NCBI GenBank assembly: GCA_012295275.1
Contig: CM022669.1
Span: 11,656,001 to 11,720,000, forward strand
Length of the DNA stretch: 64,000 nt
Source: Chrysomallon squamiferum
Taxonomy: Eukaryota > Animalia > Mollusca
Direction of reading: 5' to 3'
In this document: piece by piece, positions 1 to 15,152 of the stretch
Layout: each line of letters begins with the position of its first letter
How positions within the stretch are numbered: position 1 is the first letter of the stretch
Notes under the pieces: model-generated
Told to the model about the DNA's origin: nothing
Database searches by the model: none
The model's input: only the letters and a program-made list of their open reading frames with translations
Position numbers and translations under genes: made by a program

Positions 1-125
1 TAATACAAATACTTGTTAATAGTTTATGGATATGTTTGTGAAAACTGTTTTAGTATAATTTTATTTATTACAAACATGTCAAGATAAAGTCCTTTTTGTG
101 AACAATATTGACAAAATTTTATGTG

Positions 126-171
<46 letters not shown>

Positions 172-1329
172 CTCCAGCCATTAGTAGACTTAATCCCCCA
201 GAAGCATATCAGATCTTGGTAATGTTGAATAACAAGCACACATAATTCATATTAGCATTTGTTTGGAGGTGTGGAGGGAATATTTATGAAACCTATTTTA
301 GACTTACATCAGCTTAACTACATTTTGATTTACTGTTTTTATTTATTTATTTTTTATTTTTTTGTTTAGATACAGACAAGATTCATGTCAAGGCAAAATT
401 AAATTTTTTAAAACACAATGGACATCATTGATTCTGGCCCACTTTTATTTTATTTCCTCCCCCTCCTCCTCATCAATGTCATCATCATCACTGTTATAAT
501 TACTGTTTCCTTTTTACGTTCTTGGACCTTCTTATTCAATAATAATAAAGTACGAAAAAAGAAAACCACTGTCATCGTTATTGAAATTCTTACCATTAGC
601 CATTATTATTCATTATTCTTACCATTAAACCATAAGGCTCTTTTCAGTGCAAACCTCCCACGAGACTGCCACATCCTTGTTGAACACCACCAATAATCTG
701 AACCCATTATCAACCTAACATCCATATGACACGAGCATCAGAGATTTAAATTTGCATATCGGACGTGTCATACCGGCTGTATTTATGACTGACAGTTAAA
801 TGTCATAGATCCTCACCAAAGTTCTCTCGTTCTGTCAAGGGAGAGAATTTTCTACTTTGTAAACCGTTTTTTTTTTTTAAATTTGAATCAAAATAGAAAA
901 ATGTCCCTCTGCAGGTTTTAAATTACAGAATTTGGTTCTCAGAGATTACTTATAAGCATGGTTAGAAGGGGAATAAAAAAATTATATGTTTTTGAATTTT
1001 GTTCTGATTGAAAGGAAAAAAAATCCCTAGAAATTAAAATATAATTTCGTATATAAAATATACACCTATTTATATTAGAAAAAAAATGATTAGATTAATA
1101 ATACAGACAAATCAATTATTTCAACTCTACAGTTATATAGCATCATACTTATTAAGGACCATGTAAAACTATCTATATTATATAACATAGAACATATTTA
1201 TCGATATATTTTTTTTCAATCTGTTTATATGTAGCATCATAAGGACCATCTAAAACTGACTACATTATATAACAGAGAACAAATTTAAACATATACTATT
1301 TTTAATCTAATTATATATGGATCAGATAC

Positions 1330-1560
1330 ATAGAAAGAAGAAACCCACAACTGACACGAAGTGACTACACTTTTCAATTTACTAAGCAAGAGATTTTTTA
1401 TATATAAACCTTCTCATAAAACAAAACAAAAACACAAACCCAAAACTTATAAAACAGCACTGTCTGGAATGGGAAATGGATCTACAGGTATTCTGTGGAG
1501 AACTGATCTTTGAACCCTTCAGGCCTCAGTAATACAGTTTAACCACTGATGTAAAGTCTG
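1330..1560 (-). mobile_element. Possible highly decayed SINE
   Basis: The minus strand begins with an A/B-box-like head (ATCAGTGGTTAA...GGTTCAAAGATC). Resemblance to gastropod SINE bodies is from memory only. Confidence 0.25.
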
Positions 1561-4500
1561 CATCAAATTCATATTGTGTAATAAACCGGTGCCTGATTTA
1601 CATTTTGTAACAAAGGATGTAACTGTATCACAAGACATCAGATATAAAAGGTCTGAATGAATCGTGATATTCAAAAATGGTCTAAACAGGTAATCAATCA
1701 ACAGAGACAGATCTGTCATCAGTGATAGAATCTCAGAAAATTGACCAAATGAGACGAAATAGAAAGGTTTATTCGTCATATTAAAATATTTCACCCTTGT
1801 GAAAATGATGTTCACAGATTAATCAAAAGAAAATGTCATGACAATACCATGAAATACTGATATATATATATGTGTGTGTGTGTGTGTACGTGTATAGATA
1901 GACAGATAAATTAAAAATAATAATAATAGTAATAATAATAATAATGATCGTAATAATAATAATAATGATCGTAATAATAATAATAATAATAATAATTACA
2001 ACAACAAAACTTGAAAAACTAGTAAAAATAGAAATAACAAAAACTATATATCATTTCAAATCTGGACTAAAATGAACAAAAGTTAAGCAGTATTTGTAGG
2101 AGAAAAAAAAAAAATAATAACAAAAATTTCAAATCGGGACCAGAATGATAATTTTTTAAGCTGTATTTCTTGGAATAAAAACTCCTATTTCTGTACATGA
2201 GGATCAATCCTTTTTACCTGCAGGCTTACTCACAATACTGAACAAATAAGGAGATGAAATGCTTAGGGCAGTACTATGAGCAATTGTATGAGACTGAAAC
2301 CACTTTAGAATCAGAGACATCATCTACTACAGTTTCCACCAAACATGATGTCTATAACAGGAGAAAGAATAAAAAAAAATTTAAAAAATAAAAACCTCTT
2401 GATACAAGACCTCATTTGCTTTTATATTAATCAAAATCTGCTTGGTAACAAAATGTCTAAAGAAAACTTTTTCTTTGCAGACCTACTCCAAAATTCAGAG
2501 TTGCACAGAAGCAGATGGCTAATAACCCCAACAAGTGGATTTACAGAAAACACGAATTATGGAATTTGAGATAAACATCATCAGCCGATTGATTTTTTTT
2601 ACGATGGTGCAAACAAAAAAACCACAAATCATAAACGCACGCTGAATTTATTTCTCTGTATGAAGAAACCAGAAGGAAAACGGAATATTTCTTCTCACTC
2701 CTTCTCTCCCAGATTTCCATTTTAAAAACTCTTTGAGTAAGGAATCTTTAATCAGTTTTTGATATGAAAATAAATAAAAAAAATAATTGCAGGTCCTTCA
2801 ACTGCATCCCGTGTGGTCAAAGATGCGAGAGTCAGGGCCACGCCTGGTGACAGGACAATCTCAGTGATTAATCACCTGATTTTTGTAGCAAATCGCAAAA
2901 TCAAATATTAAAAAAAAAAAAGAGTAAAAACATGAAAATAAAAATGTGCGACTGATTGCAACAAAGATGTAACCGATGGGCCATTACTCGTGATACAGTC
3001 GGTTACAAGGAAATGATGTATGCTTTCGGAAAAGCGAAGCCATTAGAACGTAATGAATTGATTTCTAATTGCTTCACCAGCAAAGTATATCTCCTTTTTC
3101 ATTGCCCAAGAATCCACATAAATTTCCTACAAAGCACCGAACTATATTTGGGAGTAATTCTCTTTCTGATTGGAGAAATCTAATTTCGTGGTAATGAAGT
3201 GAACCGAAGGATCCCACTGGAAATTTCGAGGCGCGCATAAAATGATTTTTACTTTCCTGAGTAAACCTTGATTTCAACACAATTAGGTACATCGAACATT
3301 TCTTGTCGTAAAAACACGAGTAATTAGCGAGTGGCTGCCAGTGTGTGGTGTAATAAATTTGAAGATAATTTGATATTTGTGTTGAGATAAAAGAATCATA
3401 ATGTTATTGATAATCACTTCAGATGTTGCAAACTGAACACTGTGATGAAGTATTCAATTAAAATAAATTGAAGATTTTTTAACATTTTTAGGTAACAGCA
3501 CACAATAAAAACTGGTCTTCACAAATATATTATAAATCTTAAATCTTAAAAATAAATTTTTGTAACATTATGAAATGGATGGATGCAGAAAAATAGTGGA
3601 TTTGTTTTAATATGTAATCACTATTTCAATCATATAATTATTTTAAAAAAACAGGAAACAAAAAACAAAAACAATCAGTTTTTTAAAAAGTAATTTTGTT
3701 AGTATTCTAATAAAAAATGACCACTAATAAAAAATGATTTATATTAATATTTTTTACTATAATTTTTGGAAGAATGTTGTGAAATCAGTATAATTACTAT
3801 TAAAAATAGTTTACATAAAAATAAATAATTTTTATAATAATTATGAAAATGACATGAAATGACTATTTAAAAAAAGGTTTACATAAATAAATATTAAATC
3901 TATAATTTTAAAAATAATTCTAAACATGTTATGAAGTTGCTATCAAAAAAATATTTAGATAAATATATTTCAAATGTATATAAATACTAAAAGAACATGT
4001 AAGTAAATATTTCTGGATTTTCTTTTTTCTTCTTAATTTTAACAATTCTGCGAAATAACTTTAGAAAACAAAGAAGTTTATATAAAAACAAGACAATCAC
4101 ATATAAACATTACTACAAGTACATTAAATTTCATTCTGATCATTTTTCAAAATGACTGCATAAATAAATTTATAATAATCATTTAGAAAGATGAAACTGA
4201 CAAACTAAAATTTGCTGGATATGTTAAAACATTCTGCTTGAGTTTTAGAATAATTTTCATAAAAACTGCTAAACTGACTACAGCAAAACTAAATTTGTAA
4301 ACTAATTTGCATATAAATCTGTAATATACATAGCTACATTTATTTTATTCATATTACCAGAATTAATCACAATTATAGGCAACAATTTTTAAGTTATATA
4401 TGATTCTATATTTGTGTATTTCTATAAATAACTTTTAGATGTTTCATGTATTATTTTATTATATTCTATAAAATAAAGCAGCATTCATATATTTACCCTA

Positions 4501-5056
4501 GTTTGTTTTGTTTTTTTTTGTCCAAAAACAAAAATTAATTAAATGCTTTCTCACAATATTCATTTGTCATCTTTATAGCAATAATCAATAACATTATGAT
4601 TCTTTTATCTCAACACAAATATCAAATTATCTTCAAATCCATTAAGCATGCAGGGCACTCACACTAATTACTTGTTTAATTACACTATTACATCTTCAGG
4701 TTCAAATCACAAAGAATCTGGGCCATAATGCCTCAAACTTTCTTCTACAATTAAAAAAAAAAAAAAATTTAAGACAAAGAAATAATTTGGGCCATCATAA
4801 ACCAAACACTTAATCGCTTCATTTTTAATTAAATATTAATTTCCAAGTCGAGGACAATTTTATGAACCACTATTAATAAAACTATGTTAACTATTTAATT
4901 TTTTCTTTAACTGATTTAATTTTTTTTTTTTTTTTAAGTCTAAGACAACTTGGACTATCATAAATAAAGTCTGCTGATAACACCAATTTCTATTTTTTTT
5001 TTTAAATTTTTTTTTAAAAAGTCAATTTATTTTTCAATCATTCTAACAGTGAGATG

Positions 5057-5089
<33 letters not shown>

Positions 5090-5743
5090 CCACAAAAACC
5101 ATTCATCATAAAGTACATTCAAAGTGGCCCAAATAGAAATATTCCTTGAAGCAATAGTTAGCTAATACATAAATGAACAGTGAATCAGAATTCAATTATT
5201 CTGAATTGATAACCCAATAATGTTCTTTATTTAAAATGTTTTATTCGATTTCTTTTGGACGCTAAACCACAACTTATTTATTCAAACATCACCAGCATTA
5301 ATAATAAAAAAAAAAAAAGACTTGATCAGTCATTGAATAATTAAATAATTCTTAATTTCTCATTAGGAAAGGGTAAGAATGAAATTTGATGATGTAAAAT
5401 TAGGGTCATCTTTGTTTCTGTATTTCAGCATTTTAAACTGGGCACATTTCTGTTGTGTTTTAACCTTCTGGTAAATTACTGAAAAGAGGTAAAATGTGAA
5501 TTTGATTAATCAGTTATCATTAAAGATGATTTTTTTTATAAGGGCTTAAAATTTGTTTGAAAAATAAAATAAAAATTAAGATGGCGACATAAAAGTGGAT
5601 TCTAATGCTTAGTAATTACTAAGTTTGAAATAGCAAATTATGATTGATAATGAAATAAAAACTCAAAATATACAATTTATATGCAGTTGTTTTTTTCTTT
5701 TTCAAGGGATTTTTGTTTTGTTTTGTGTAGTATATTTGTTCCA

Positions 5744-5805
<62 letters not shown>

Positions 5806-6555
5806 TAACAATAACAATAATAATAATCTACCACAAAACAAACTAAAATATTTATTCAAAAATACTATTTGAACACAAATAAAACAAAAGTTTAACTTTC
5901 CAGTTAAAAGCTTAGTCATAAATTAATACTGTAAAAAAAAAAAAAAAAAAAACGATACTGGTCTATCTTTGAAAATTAAATTCAAAACACATTAAAAACT
6001 TTATAAACTATAACATTTGTATAAATAAACTTTTTAAATAATTTTTTTCAAAACTTTCTTTGATTTTGCTAACAAAATACTAATCAGTTACAAATTAAAA
6101 CATACTTTTCAAAAAAAAAAGAAAATCTCTTTCACATTTATCACTGAAAATCAACTTTTAAAAAAACCTGATGACCAGTTCTGTTAAAGAAAACCCATCT
6201 AGATGACAGCTACACCCCTAAAAAGACTCTTTAATTAGATTGCCCTCACTTGACACAAGATGGTGCTGATAAATATGAAATGCTGGCATCTGTTTGAAGC
6301 CAGCTCGGACTATCTCTCTCTGCCATCATCTGAAAAACTTCAAAGTCAGAACTCCTACAGCAGGACACTCCACAGAACTGGGCAAATTGAGTTGATATTC
6401 AGTGGCTGGTCACAATTTGATTACACAGATGCAAACAAACTGGTGAGAGATCTGTTTTCTATAGCCACTAGTTACAGAACAATAGCATTAGCAATTCACC
6501 CAGTGTTGTTTTAACCTTTTACCCATCTGTCTACTCAATATCATCTGTCTCTTTC

Positions 6556-6617
<62 letters not shown>

Positions 6618-6659
6618 ATATGGAAGGAAGACATATTTTGTTTAACAGTGCACTGATTA

Positions 6660-6985
6660 AATGCTTAAACTGCAGTTTAAAGGGATCTTTAATTTGAATT
6701 TCTGAACTACAGCATCATTCATGTGGTATTTCTGAATTCAGTCTAATTGCATTAGTCATCTGGTATTCTTAAACTGCAGCTGAATGGTATTTATTCATAC
6801 AGTATTTTTAAACTGTAGTTTAAAGGCATCGTTCATGTGGTATTTCAGAATTAGTTTAATGGCATCGGACATATGGCATTTTTGAATTAAAGTTAATCTT
6901 GTCAAATAATATTTATATATTTTTAACTACAGTTCAGTGGTATCATTCATATGGTATTTTTAAACCAGTTTAAATGGCATTTTGT
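6660..6985. repeat. Old degenerate ~35-bp tandem repeat
   Basis: Recurring AAACTGCAGTTTAA..GGCATC.TTCATGTGGTATTT motifs. Confidence 0.55.
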
Positions 6986-8515
6986 ATTTATAATTAACAC
7001 AAACCTATTAGTAATCAAAGGAATATGTTCTATTCACCTTTCCATAGGCAGGGAAAGATGTATGATTGATAAGACAGCTGAAGAGCAGTAGCTGGTTTGG
7101 GAAATAGCCAGATGAAACTACCACAAAGGAATGATCCTGGTGTATTTATTTCATTATTATCTTGTTATTGTTTTTTTTTATTTTTTTTTTTTTATGTTTT
7201 ATTTGTGTGTGTGTGTGTGTATGTGTTGTGTGTGTGTTTGTAAGTTTTTTTCTTTACAAAAGAAAATTTTACATCTCCTTCATATAAGAAACACACTAAA
7301 TACAGTCATTTTCTTAACTGCAGCAATTTGATCTCCTTGTGTTAATTCATTTTTTACTTTCACTTTTTGTGAATGAAAACAGTGGATCATGTAAGGTTCT
7401 TTGCTAGCATCTTCTCCAAAAACTTCATATCAATGTCATGAAAATAACAGGTCTGATATTTCAAACCAACGGTGTTCATTTTTTTTCTGACTCTGGTGCT
7501 CCAAGAACTGTGGTAGGATTTACATTCGGTCTCTCATTACATAGTGTTTAGGACTGCCAGGTTTAACATCAGTATGCTGTCAGCATTTCATTTCATTTTA
7601 AACTCAAACATAGTGAATCTTAATTCTGAAAGTTTACCCTGACCTTGTATTGTTTTTCACCATGTAAATAAATGTTTTATTATTTCTTTTTTTGAGAATT
7701 TGGGAATTAAATAAATCTGTTCGTTTTTAATCAACAATTAACATTAGCTTTGTTTGTTTATTTATTTATTTATTTATTTTATATATCTATAGATTTTATT
7801 AACTAATTATTATTATTATTTTTTTTTTTCCTTGTTTGCTAGACTGAGCGATTACTTAGGTTTCAAAACTTATAAATTATGACATTTAAATTTTTTAATA
7901 CGAAACTATTTTATCTTGATATTTTACTTTTTACAATAAATATTTAGAGATTATTAAATAAAATTCAAGGTAATAACAAAGTAAGCTTTCTTTCCTTTTT
8001 AATTTCAAAATAAAGTTTAATTTTAAGTTACAGATATAAAAAGATACACATAATAGAGTTTGTAATAAAACATGCATGAAAAGAGTATGGCTTATCAAAA
8101 TGTTATGTGCTAAAAATGTTACTGACTGCTTATAACCAAAAATAAAAATATTTTGTCTGTGTTTGTATATATACTTGTATGTTTATGTATTTTATATGTA
8201 TGTATATAGGTATATATGTATATATGTAAGTATGTATGTATGCATGTATGCATGTACGTATACATGTGCATGTATTTATATGTATATTTGTAATTATATT
8301 TGTATATGTGTTAATATGTATAGATATATGTATGTATGTATCTGTGTGTGTGTGAATGTTCTTGTGTGTGTGCTTTTATGAGTATGTATGTATGTACGTA
8401 TATATCTATGTATGTGCAAATGTATCTAATTTATTAAATGTTTGACAATACAAGTATGTTTGTTTATGCATCTCTGTACAAGTATCTATACAGTTCTGTA
8501 GGTTTGTGTGTACAT

Positions 8516-9040
8516 CAGTATGAACACATGAGTACACATGAACACATGAGTACACATGAACACACAAGTACACATGAACACATGAGTACACATGAACACA
8601 CAAGTACACATGAACACATGAGTACACATGAACACACAAGTACACATGAACACACAAGTACACATGAACACACAAGTACACATGAACACACAAGTACACA
8701 TGAACACACAAGTACACATGAACACAGGAGTACACATGAACACACGAGTACACATGAACACATGAGTACACATGAACACACACATGAACAGTACACATGA
8801 ACACATGAGTACACATGAACATGAGTACACATGAACACACAAGTACACATGAGTACACATGAACACATGAGTACACATGAACACTGCAAGTACACATGAA
8901 CATGAACACACGAGTACACATGAACACACGAGTACACATGAACACACTGAGTACACATGAACACACGAGTACACATGAACACATGAGTACACATGAACAC
9001 ACAAGTACACATGAACACATGAGTACACATGAACACACAA
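8516..9040. repeat. 18-bp minisatellite (GAACACAYRAGTACACAT)n, ~29 units
   Basis: Directly visible; explains the HEHMST and VFMCTH repeat ORFs. Confidence 0.95.
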
Positions 9041-9659
9041 TACATACCACTGATTCGGCTAATTACAAAACAAACCCTAACACATGATGATGTTTTGATA
9101 CGGCTCATGATAATTACTCCATTTTTATGAAAAATCAGCTGGCACAATTAGTACAAAAACACCATCAGCATACAAAATGAAAACTCAAATCCAAAGCGCA
9201 ATGGAGGATTTCCACACTGCAGCCTCGTTATCATGCAAATCAGCGTCAGAGAGGCATTACTTCCAAAACATAACTACAAATTAATCTCCAGCTCGGAATA
9301 TAATGAGAGACAAATGCAAAACACCGCATCCCTTGTTATTCAGAAACGGGCTACTTAGTACGGCAAACAAATTGTAATCGCATTTGTCAACAGCGAGAGA
9401 GACAATGCTACTCATAATTCACTATTTACATTGTAAGGACAGGCGAGGTGTCAAGACATTCATAAATGATGTATGAAAAATGCATGGAGAGTCTGGGAAA
9501 AGCTCTGTAAGAGGTGGAGAGAGAAAGAAAGAAAGAAAGAAAGAAAATGTCTGATGCTAATCCACTCTTTTCAAGACACGCTGACTTAATACTAAGAGGA
9601 TGTTCTTTTAGCTTTCTTGGCAGTGTTCATCTCTGACACACTCTGCAACAGTCACTACT

Positions 9660-10260
9660 CAGATCAAAAATGGCAGCAGCAGCAGCAGCAGGGAATTGTG
9701 GGTAATTAAATCATCATTACACACCAGAACACGGAAAGGTGTATGACTTCTTTTTGTACCCATTGAGATCAAAAATGGCAGCAGGGAATTGTGGGTAATT
9801 AACTTATCAATGTACACTACAAACATGACAAAGTAGATGTATGACCTTTTTTTTTTTATCCACCGAGATCAAAAAGGCAGCAGGGAATCATGGGTAATAA
9901 AATGATTGTTATACACTACACACATGAAGAAGAAGATATATGATGTTTTTTTTTTTTTATCCATTGAGATAAAAACAGCAAAAAAATTGGGAAATGGAGA
10001 AGATTATTATAAATAACTTATGGTGGATGTGAATTTTTTTCCCTCTGAGAAAAATCAAACAGCAGGGAATTGTGGGTAATTTAATTATCATTATACACCA
10101 AGCATAAAAAAAAAAAATTAAAAAATTTATTTTATTCACTGAGACAAAAACCACAGCAGGGAATTGTTGGTAATCAAATGATCACTAGAATTAACTGATA
10201 TCTTTCTTTTTTATTCACTGAGATAAAAAAAGTGGCAGGAAATCATGTGAAATTAAAATA
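9660..10260. repeat. Degenerate ~90-100 bp tandem repeat with core GAGATCAAAAA..GCAGGGAATTGTGGGTAATT
   Basis: About 7 units between 9660 and 10260, plus an outlier near 10610. Confidence 0.8.
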
Positions 10261-10386
10261 ATACTAAATCAACAACATGCTTCAGATTCAAGATGTTTTT
10301 CTTCTTCATTTTTGCTTTTTTAAATATAAATAATACAACAGATGTTTTTGAACTTAATTAGATATTCCAATCAACAAATATATCAC

Positions 10387-10417
<31 letters not shown>

Positions 10418-12051
10418 CTCACTGATGTAACAACGGAAGAACAGACTGTGTTTACTAAAACAGTCATTAGACATAAATAAAACTAAGAATCAGATATAAA
10501 TTGATTTTTGTCTTTTTTTGTTATTGAAAAAAATGGCAGTGTCTGATAATTAAATATATAATTCATAACAAGCAATGTATATACGACTTTTCTTTTTCTT
10601 CTCATTGAGACCACTGCAGAGGAAGGAATTATGGGTAATTAAAATGGTCGTTTAAGTAGCTAATACCAGACAACAGCCATACTTTTGTTTTCTCTTCTTT
10701 TTTGTATTTTTTTTTTTTTTTTTTTTGTATAAGAATAGAATTACCTTTATTTTTTTGAAAATGTCATTCATTTGATCTTGACCTGCAGGCTATAAAATGA
10801 AATAATGTCTCCTTCATTAGCAATACGATCTTTCAGGATTAATGTTTCAAAAGTAAAATAGTCAATTTTTCTAAAACCTTGTAAACAGGTAGGGTTACAT
10901 TTTGGAGGGAGTGTAAAAAAAAAATTTTTTTTTTTAAATTATATAAAATAAAATGGAAGTTATAATAACTATAATTTAATATTAACTATAATATCAAAGT
11001 TCGAATAACTATAATCTCATAATTTACAAATTAACTACAATATCACTCTTGACATGTTAGCTACAATATCATATTTCACATATTAACTATAATTTGTTAT
11101 TTCATACATTATTAACTGTAGTATTATATTTCACGTACTAATTATATTATTTTTCAAAAATTAACTACTGTAACTATTATAGATCAAACATTAACTATTA
11201 TATCATATTTCACATTATAATAATATTATATTTCATATATTAGTATATTCCAAATATATTTCAGCTTGTTAATTTTCTATCAAAAAAAACAACAACCCCA
11301 AAACAAATACAACCATCTTGAATTTGACAACAACATGTACACTAATGACATTTCATGTAAACATTTCACATCACACAGTACAGATATAATTCATAAACCA
11401 TTTTTTTCCCTCCATTTTTGTCTTTGTTTATTTGTTCAAAGACACAGTCAGTATTATCCTGTTACTTATTTTTAATCTTTTTATTTTTTTATTTTTTCAG
11501 ACACACAGAAAGAAGCATATCTTCTACATATGGAAACACACGAAGATACAGACACAGATACAGACAAACAGACACCACTTTGGTCATTTTAACAGCATTT
11601 CCTTTCAGTTTCGCTCAGATTCCAGTTTCATCTCTGTTTACTAAATATCTGAGCTTTCCGCGAGCATCTTGTTATGGCCCATCTAACAGTCCGTGTTCTC
11701 GCATAATGGTCCATATTCCCCCCTGATCACCATTCACCACTTACAAGTCGAACAGTGGCACTGGTGCAAATTGAGCAGGAATTGTTCCCGTCACTGGAAC
11801 ACAGGGCTTAAGTCCACAAACCTTCGTTGTAACGAGATTGAGCATGAGTTACGCTTTGCAAGCCTTGACCACCTTTACATAAAACAAGATAAATCCATTA
11901 GCGGAGAGAGACAAGAGAGAGACGCATCTCGCCACATGGCGATAAGAACCACGATGGCCATTTAGAAGACATAAAAGCCAACATGGAGTGAAGAAAACAA
12001 ATCCTAAGCTAAGATAATTGTTTAAATGGTCTGATAGAGAAATAAAATATT

Positions 12052-12099
<48 letters not shown>

Positions 12100-12685
12100 T
12101 GTTAATATGGAAGAGTTGATTAATTCAGAATGGGAAGAGGAAAAAAAAAAAAAATGTTCTCAGATGTGTTTATGACAATGATATTTCCTTTAACTAATAT
12201 CTAGAGGAGTTTTTTTTTTTTTTTTTTTTTAATGATATATTTTTTATTCCTTATTTATAATGCCATTGATATGCCAGTGTTAAGTAAACAGTTAGATTAT
12301 AAAATAAAAATTTGATACTGTTTGTTTTGCTACATGTTTTGATATGTGTAGAGTCAGATATAAAAGATAATAAACAGTTGGTTTAGTTTGTGTTGCTACT
12401 TGTTAGTACATGTACCTCTTATGTAAAGAGTTAAATATAAAAAAAAAAAACAAGTTTGCTACTGTTTGTTTTGTTACATGTTTTGATATATATCTGTTAG
12501 CCAAACATGCAGAGATGAATACATCAGTTATTTAGCTGTTTGCTTTGCAATATCTATGATATCACATTTCCACTGACAAAAGAGATGTATTTCTTGATGT
12601 TATTTTGTTTACTATATACACCAGACACAATAAAAATTACAGTTTTTTATATGTATATGTATATGAGGGAAAGAAAAAGAGAGGC

Positions 12686-12766
<81 letters not shown>

Positions 12767-12869
12767 GTGTTATTTTCATAATGTTTAGCCTTGTTACACA
12801 CAAAATCAGTCTTCTTTCAAACCATGCCAAACAAATCAGTAATCAAATCCCCTGTTAATGTTCTTTACT

Positions 12870-13035
12870 TCCTGGGGAAGGCACATACAAAAGGTTCCTT
12901 ACTGCTAATCATAAACACGTACAATAATGCTTGCCTGGAAGAAGGTTTACTCTGTCATTAACTGCACAGTCTTTTACCATTTACCATATACTAAAAAAAA
13001 ACATATTTAAAATTTAATAAAACCTTTCTTTCTTC
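12870..13035 (+). mobile_element. Possible decayed SINE 3' half
   Basis: CATACAAAAGGTTCCTTACTGCTAATC ... AATAAAACCTTTCTTTCTT resembles a gastropod SINE body and tail as I recall it. Confidence 0.25.
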
Positions 13036-14084
13036 ATTTACTGGTGTAAGTTATGATTTCCAAATCTGGGTTTCTACAAACAGACAGAAAAATGGAGTCA
13101 TACAAAACAGTGATTAGACAATTTGTTCACAGCATTGAAGATTTCTTTGAAGAAACAAGAAAACGTAATAGTGAAACTGAAATAGAACTTACAACATTAG
13201 AAAAATAAATTACATCATCATAAGTTGACAATCCTTTAATCACCTTCTTGAAAAACTGTCATTAATCATGGTCAGTACATTTCTGATGAAAAAATTAAAA
13301 AAAAAAAAAACTGTCATTAACCAGAATCACTATATTTTGATAAAAAAAAATAAAAATAAAAAAAATAAAAAAAACTGTCTTGCAGCTAAATATAATTTGT
13401 TTCTGAGTAATTATTTAGTTATGATAATTGTCAGATTTATGAACGGATGAACCTGAAAGGTGAAAGTACTGCAGGGAAGCTGCTTGCAAAGATTGCGCAA
13501 AAGCCGACATGCAAGGCAATAACCTCATTTCTGAAAAAGCATTCAGTTTCTATGGCAAATGTTCACGAATCCCGGAATTTAATTACTTCTGTCCATCTTG
13601 CTTACACGCCGAAGGAATCATGAAGAGAGGAAGTGGAAATCTTCATGTAATGTCTTATGAAATCACAGATTTCATCAGTGAATCGTCAAGGGTTTCTGCA
13701 TGTTCTTTGAGTGGATTAATACACTTGAAGGAAACAGATACCAGTCAGATATATCTAATTCTTCCTTAAACAGGCGGAATAATATAATTAGAAACAAACT
13801 GTAGAATATATGCAATTCATTTTTTTTTCACTATGCCATTTAACAGACTTTGTAACATCTGTAATTTATTCTCAGCAAGAAAATTCAATATACTTTGAAA
13901 AAGAACAGTGAGAATAACATACATTGAAATGAACAGATAATCGTGGAATTTGTGTAATTCTTTCTTTACTAGATAGCTGTAGAATCTATTGTAATTCATT
14001 CTTAAAAAGAAATTTTAAAATATTTCAAATAAATAGATACCTATGTTTTGTGCTGAAATACATGCTGTACTTGGCAGACAAATA

Positions 14085-14125
<41 letters not shown>

Positions 14126-14384
14126 CAGAAATTTCCAATTCCAACAAATGCTCCTTAGCTACAGGAAACAGTACAGTAAAAAACATGGGACCAAACTGTT
14201 GCAGTTCTGCAATGCACCAGACCAGCACTTAATTACTAAATAAAAATTACCTTTTACTTTTAACCTTTCCAAGTTTGATATCTCTCCTCTATCAGTTAGA
14301 CAGCGATGTAGGAATGTGCACATCTGAAAATACTAGTTACTTAGTGATATCTAGAATTCCTGATAGTAGAAGAAGCTTTAAAGA

Positions 14385-14740
14385 TTGTGTGTGCATGTGT
14401 GTGAGATAAAGAGAATATGCATGTGCTTAAATGTATGTCTATGCATGTGTGTGCATGTGTGTGAGATAAAGAGAGAGAGAGAATATGCATGTGCCTAAAT
14501 GTATGTCTGTGCATGTGTGTGTGTAAAGAAAGAACAAGAAAAAGCATGAATGTGTGTGGTCATCATCTGTTAATGTGTGTGTGTGTGTGTGTGTGTGATA
14601 GAGAGATAGAGAGAATATGCATGTGCCTAAATGTATGTCTATGCATGTGTGTGTGTGTGTGTAAAGAAAGAACAAGAAGTAGCATGAATGTGTGTGGTCA
14701 TCATCTGTTAATGTGTGCATGTGTGTGTGTGTGTGTGTGA
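14385..14740. repeat. Compound tandem duplication (~140-bp unit with TG/GA tracts)
   Basis: AAAGAAAGAACAAGAA..AGCATGAATGTGTGTGGTCATCATCTGTTAATG occurs twice; GAGAATATGCATGTGC occurs three times. Confidence 0.85.
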
Positions 14741-15119
14741 GTTTCAGAATAAGAAGAAAGAATATATATTACAGAACTTATATACATTTAAGGAATTTAT
14801 TTCGATTGTGGATTCATACAAACATATATACATATATACACATGCATACATACATACCCAATATGCACAGATGCATCCAACCTTGCATGTACATGTACAT
14901 CCAGAGAAATATCAAAAGAAAGAGAGAGATGTTTCTTCTTTCCTTAATGTGTGTGTCAATACAGAATACAGAATAATAACAAATTCTCTCTTTCTTAATG
15001 CTTTCCAAATCAGAATATGAGATAAAAAAAATTCACTTAATAGACATTATTATTTTCTTAACCCATAAAAGAACAGAGAAATCTCATTCATATTCAGCAG
15101 AAGTTTGTCTAGAACTACC

Positions 15120-15152
<33 letters not shown>

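Noticed and set aside
2218-2237. Candidate minus-strand micro-exon (TTGTTCAG|TATTGTGAGTAAGCCTGCAG|GTAAAA)
   Set aside because: It has an in-frame stop after MEQ and several ambiguous donors; it cannot be supported without RNA data.
7280-7650. Possible mariner transposase relic on the minus strand (YEVFGEDA...)
   Set aside because: The similarity is too short and no second TIR was found.
8406-9147. Long Cys/His-rich ORFs (up to 214 aa) resembling metal-binding proteins
   Set aside because: They are translations of an 18-bp minisatellite open in several frames on both strands, with no splice or signal context.
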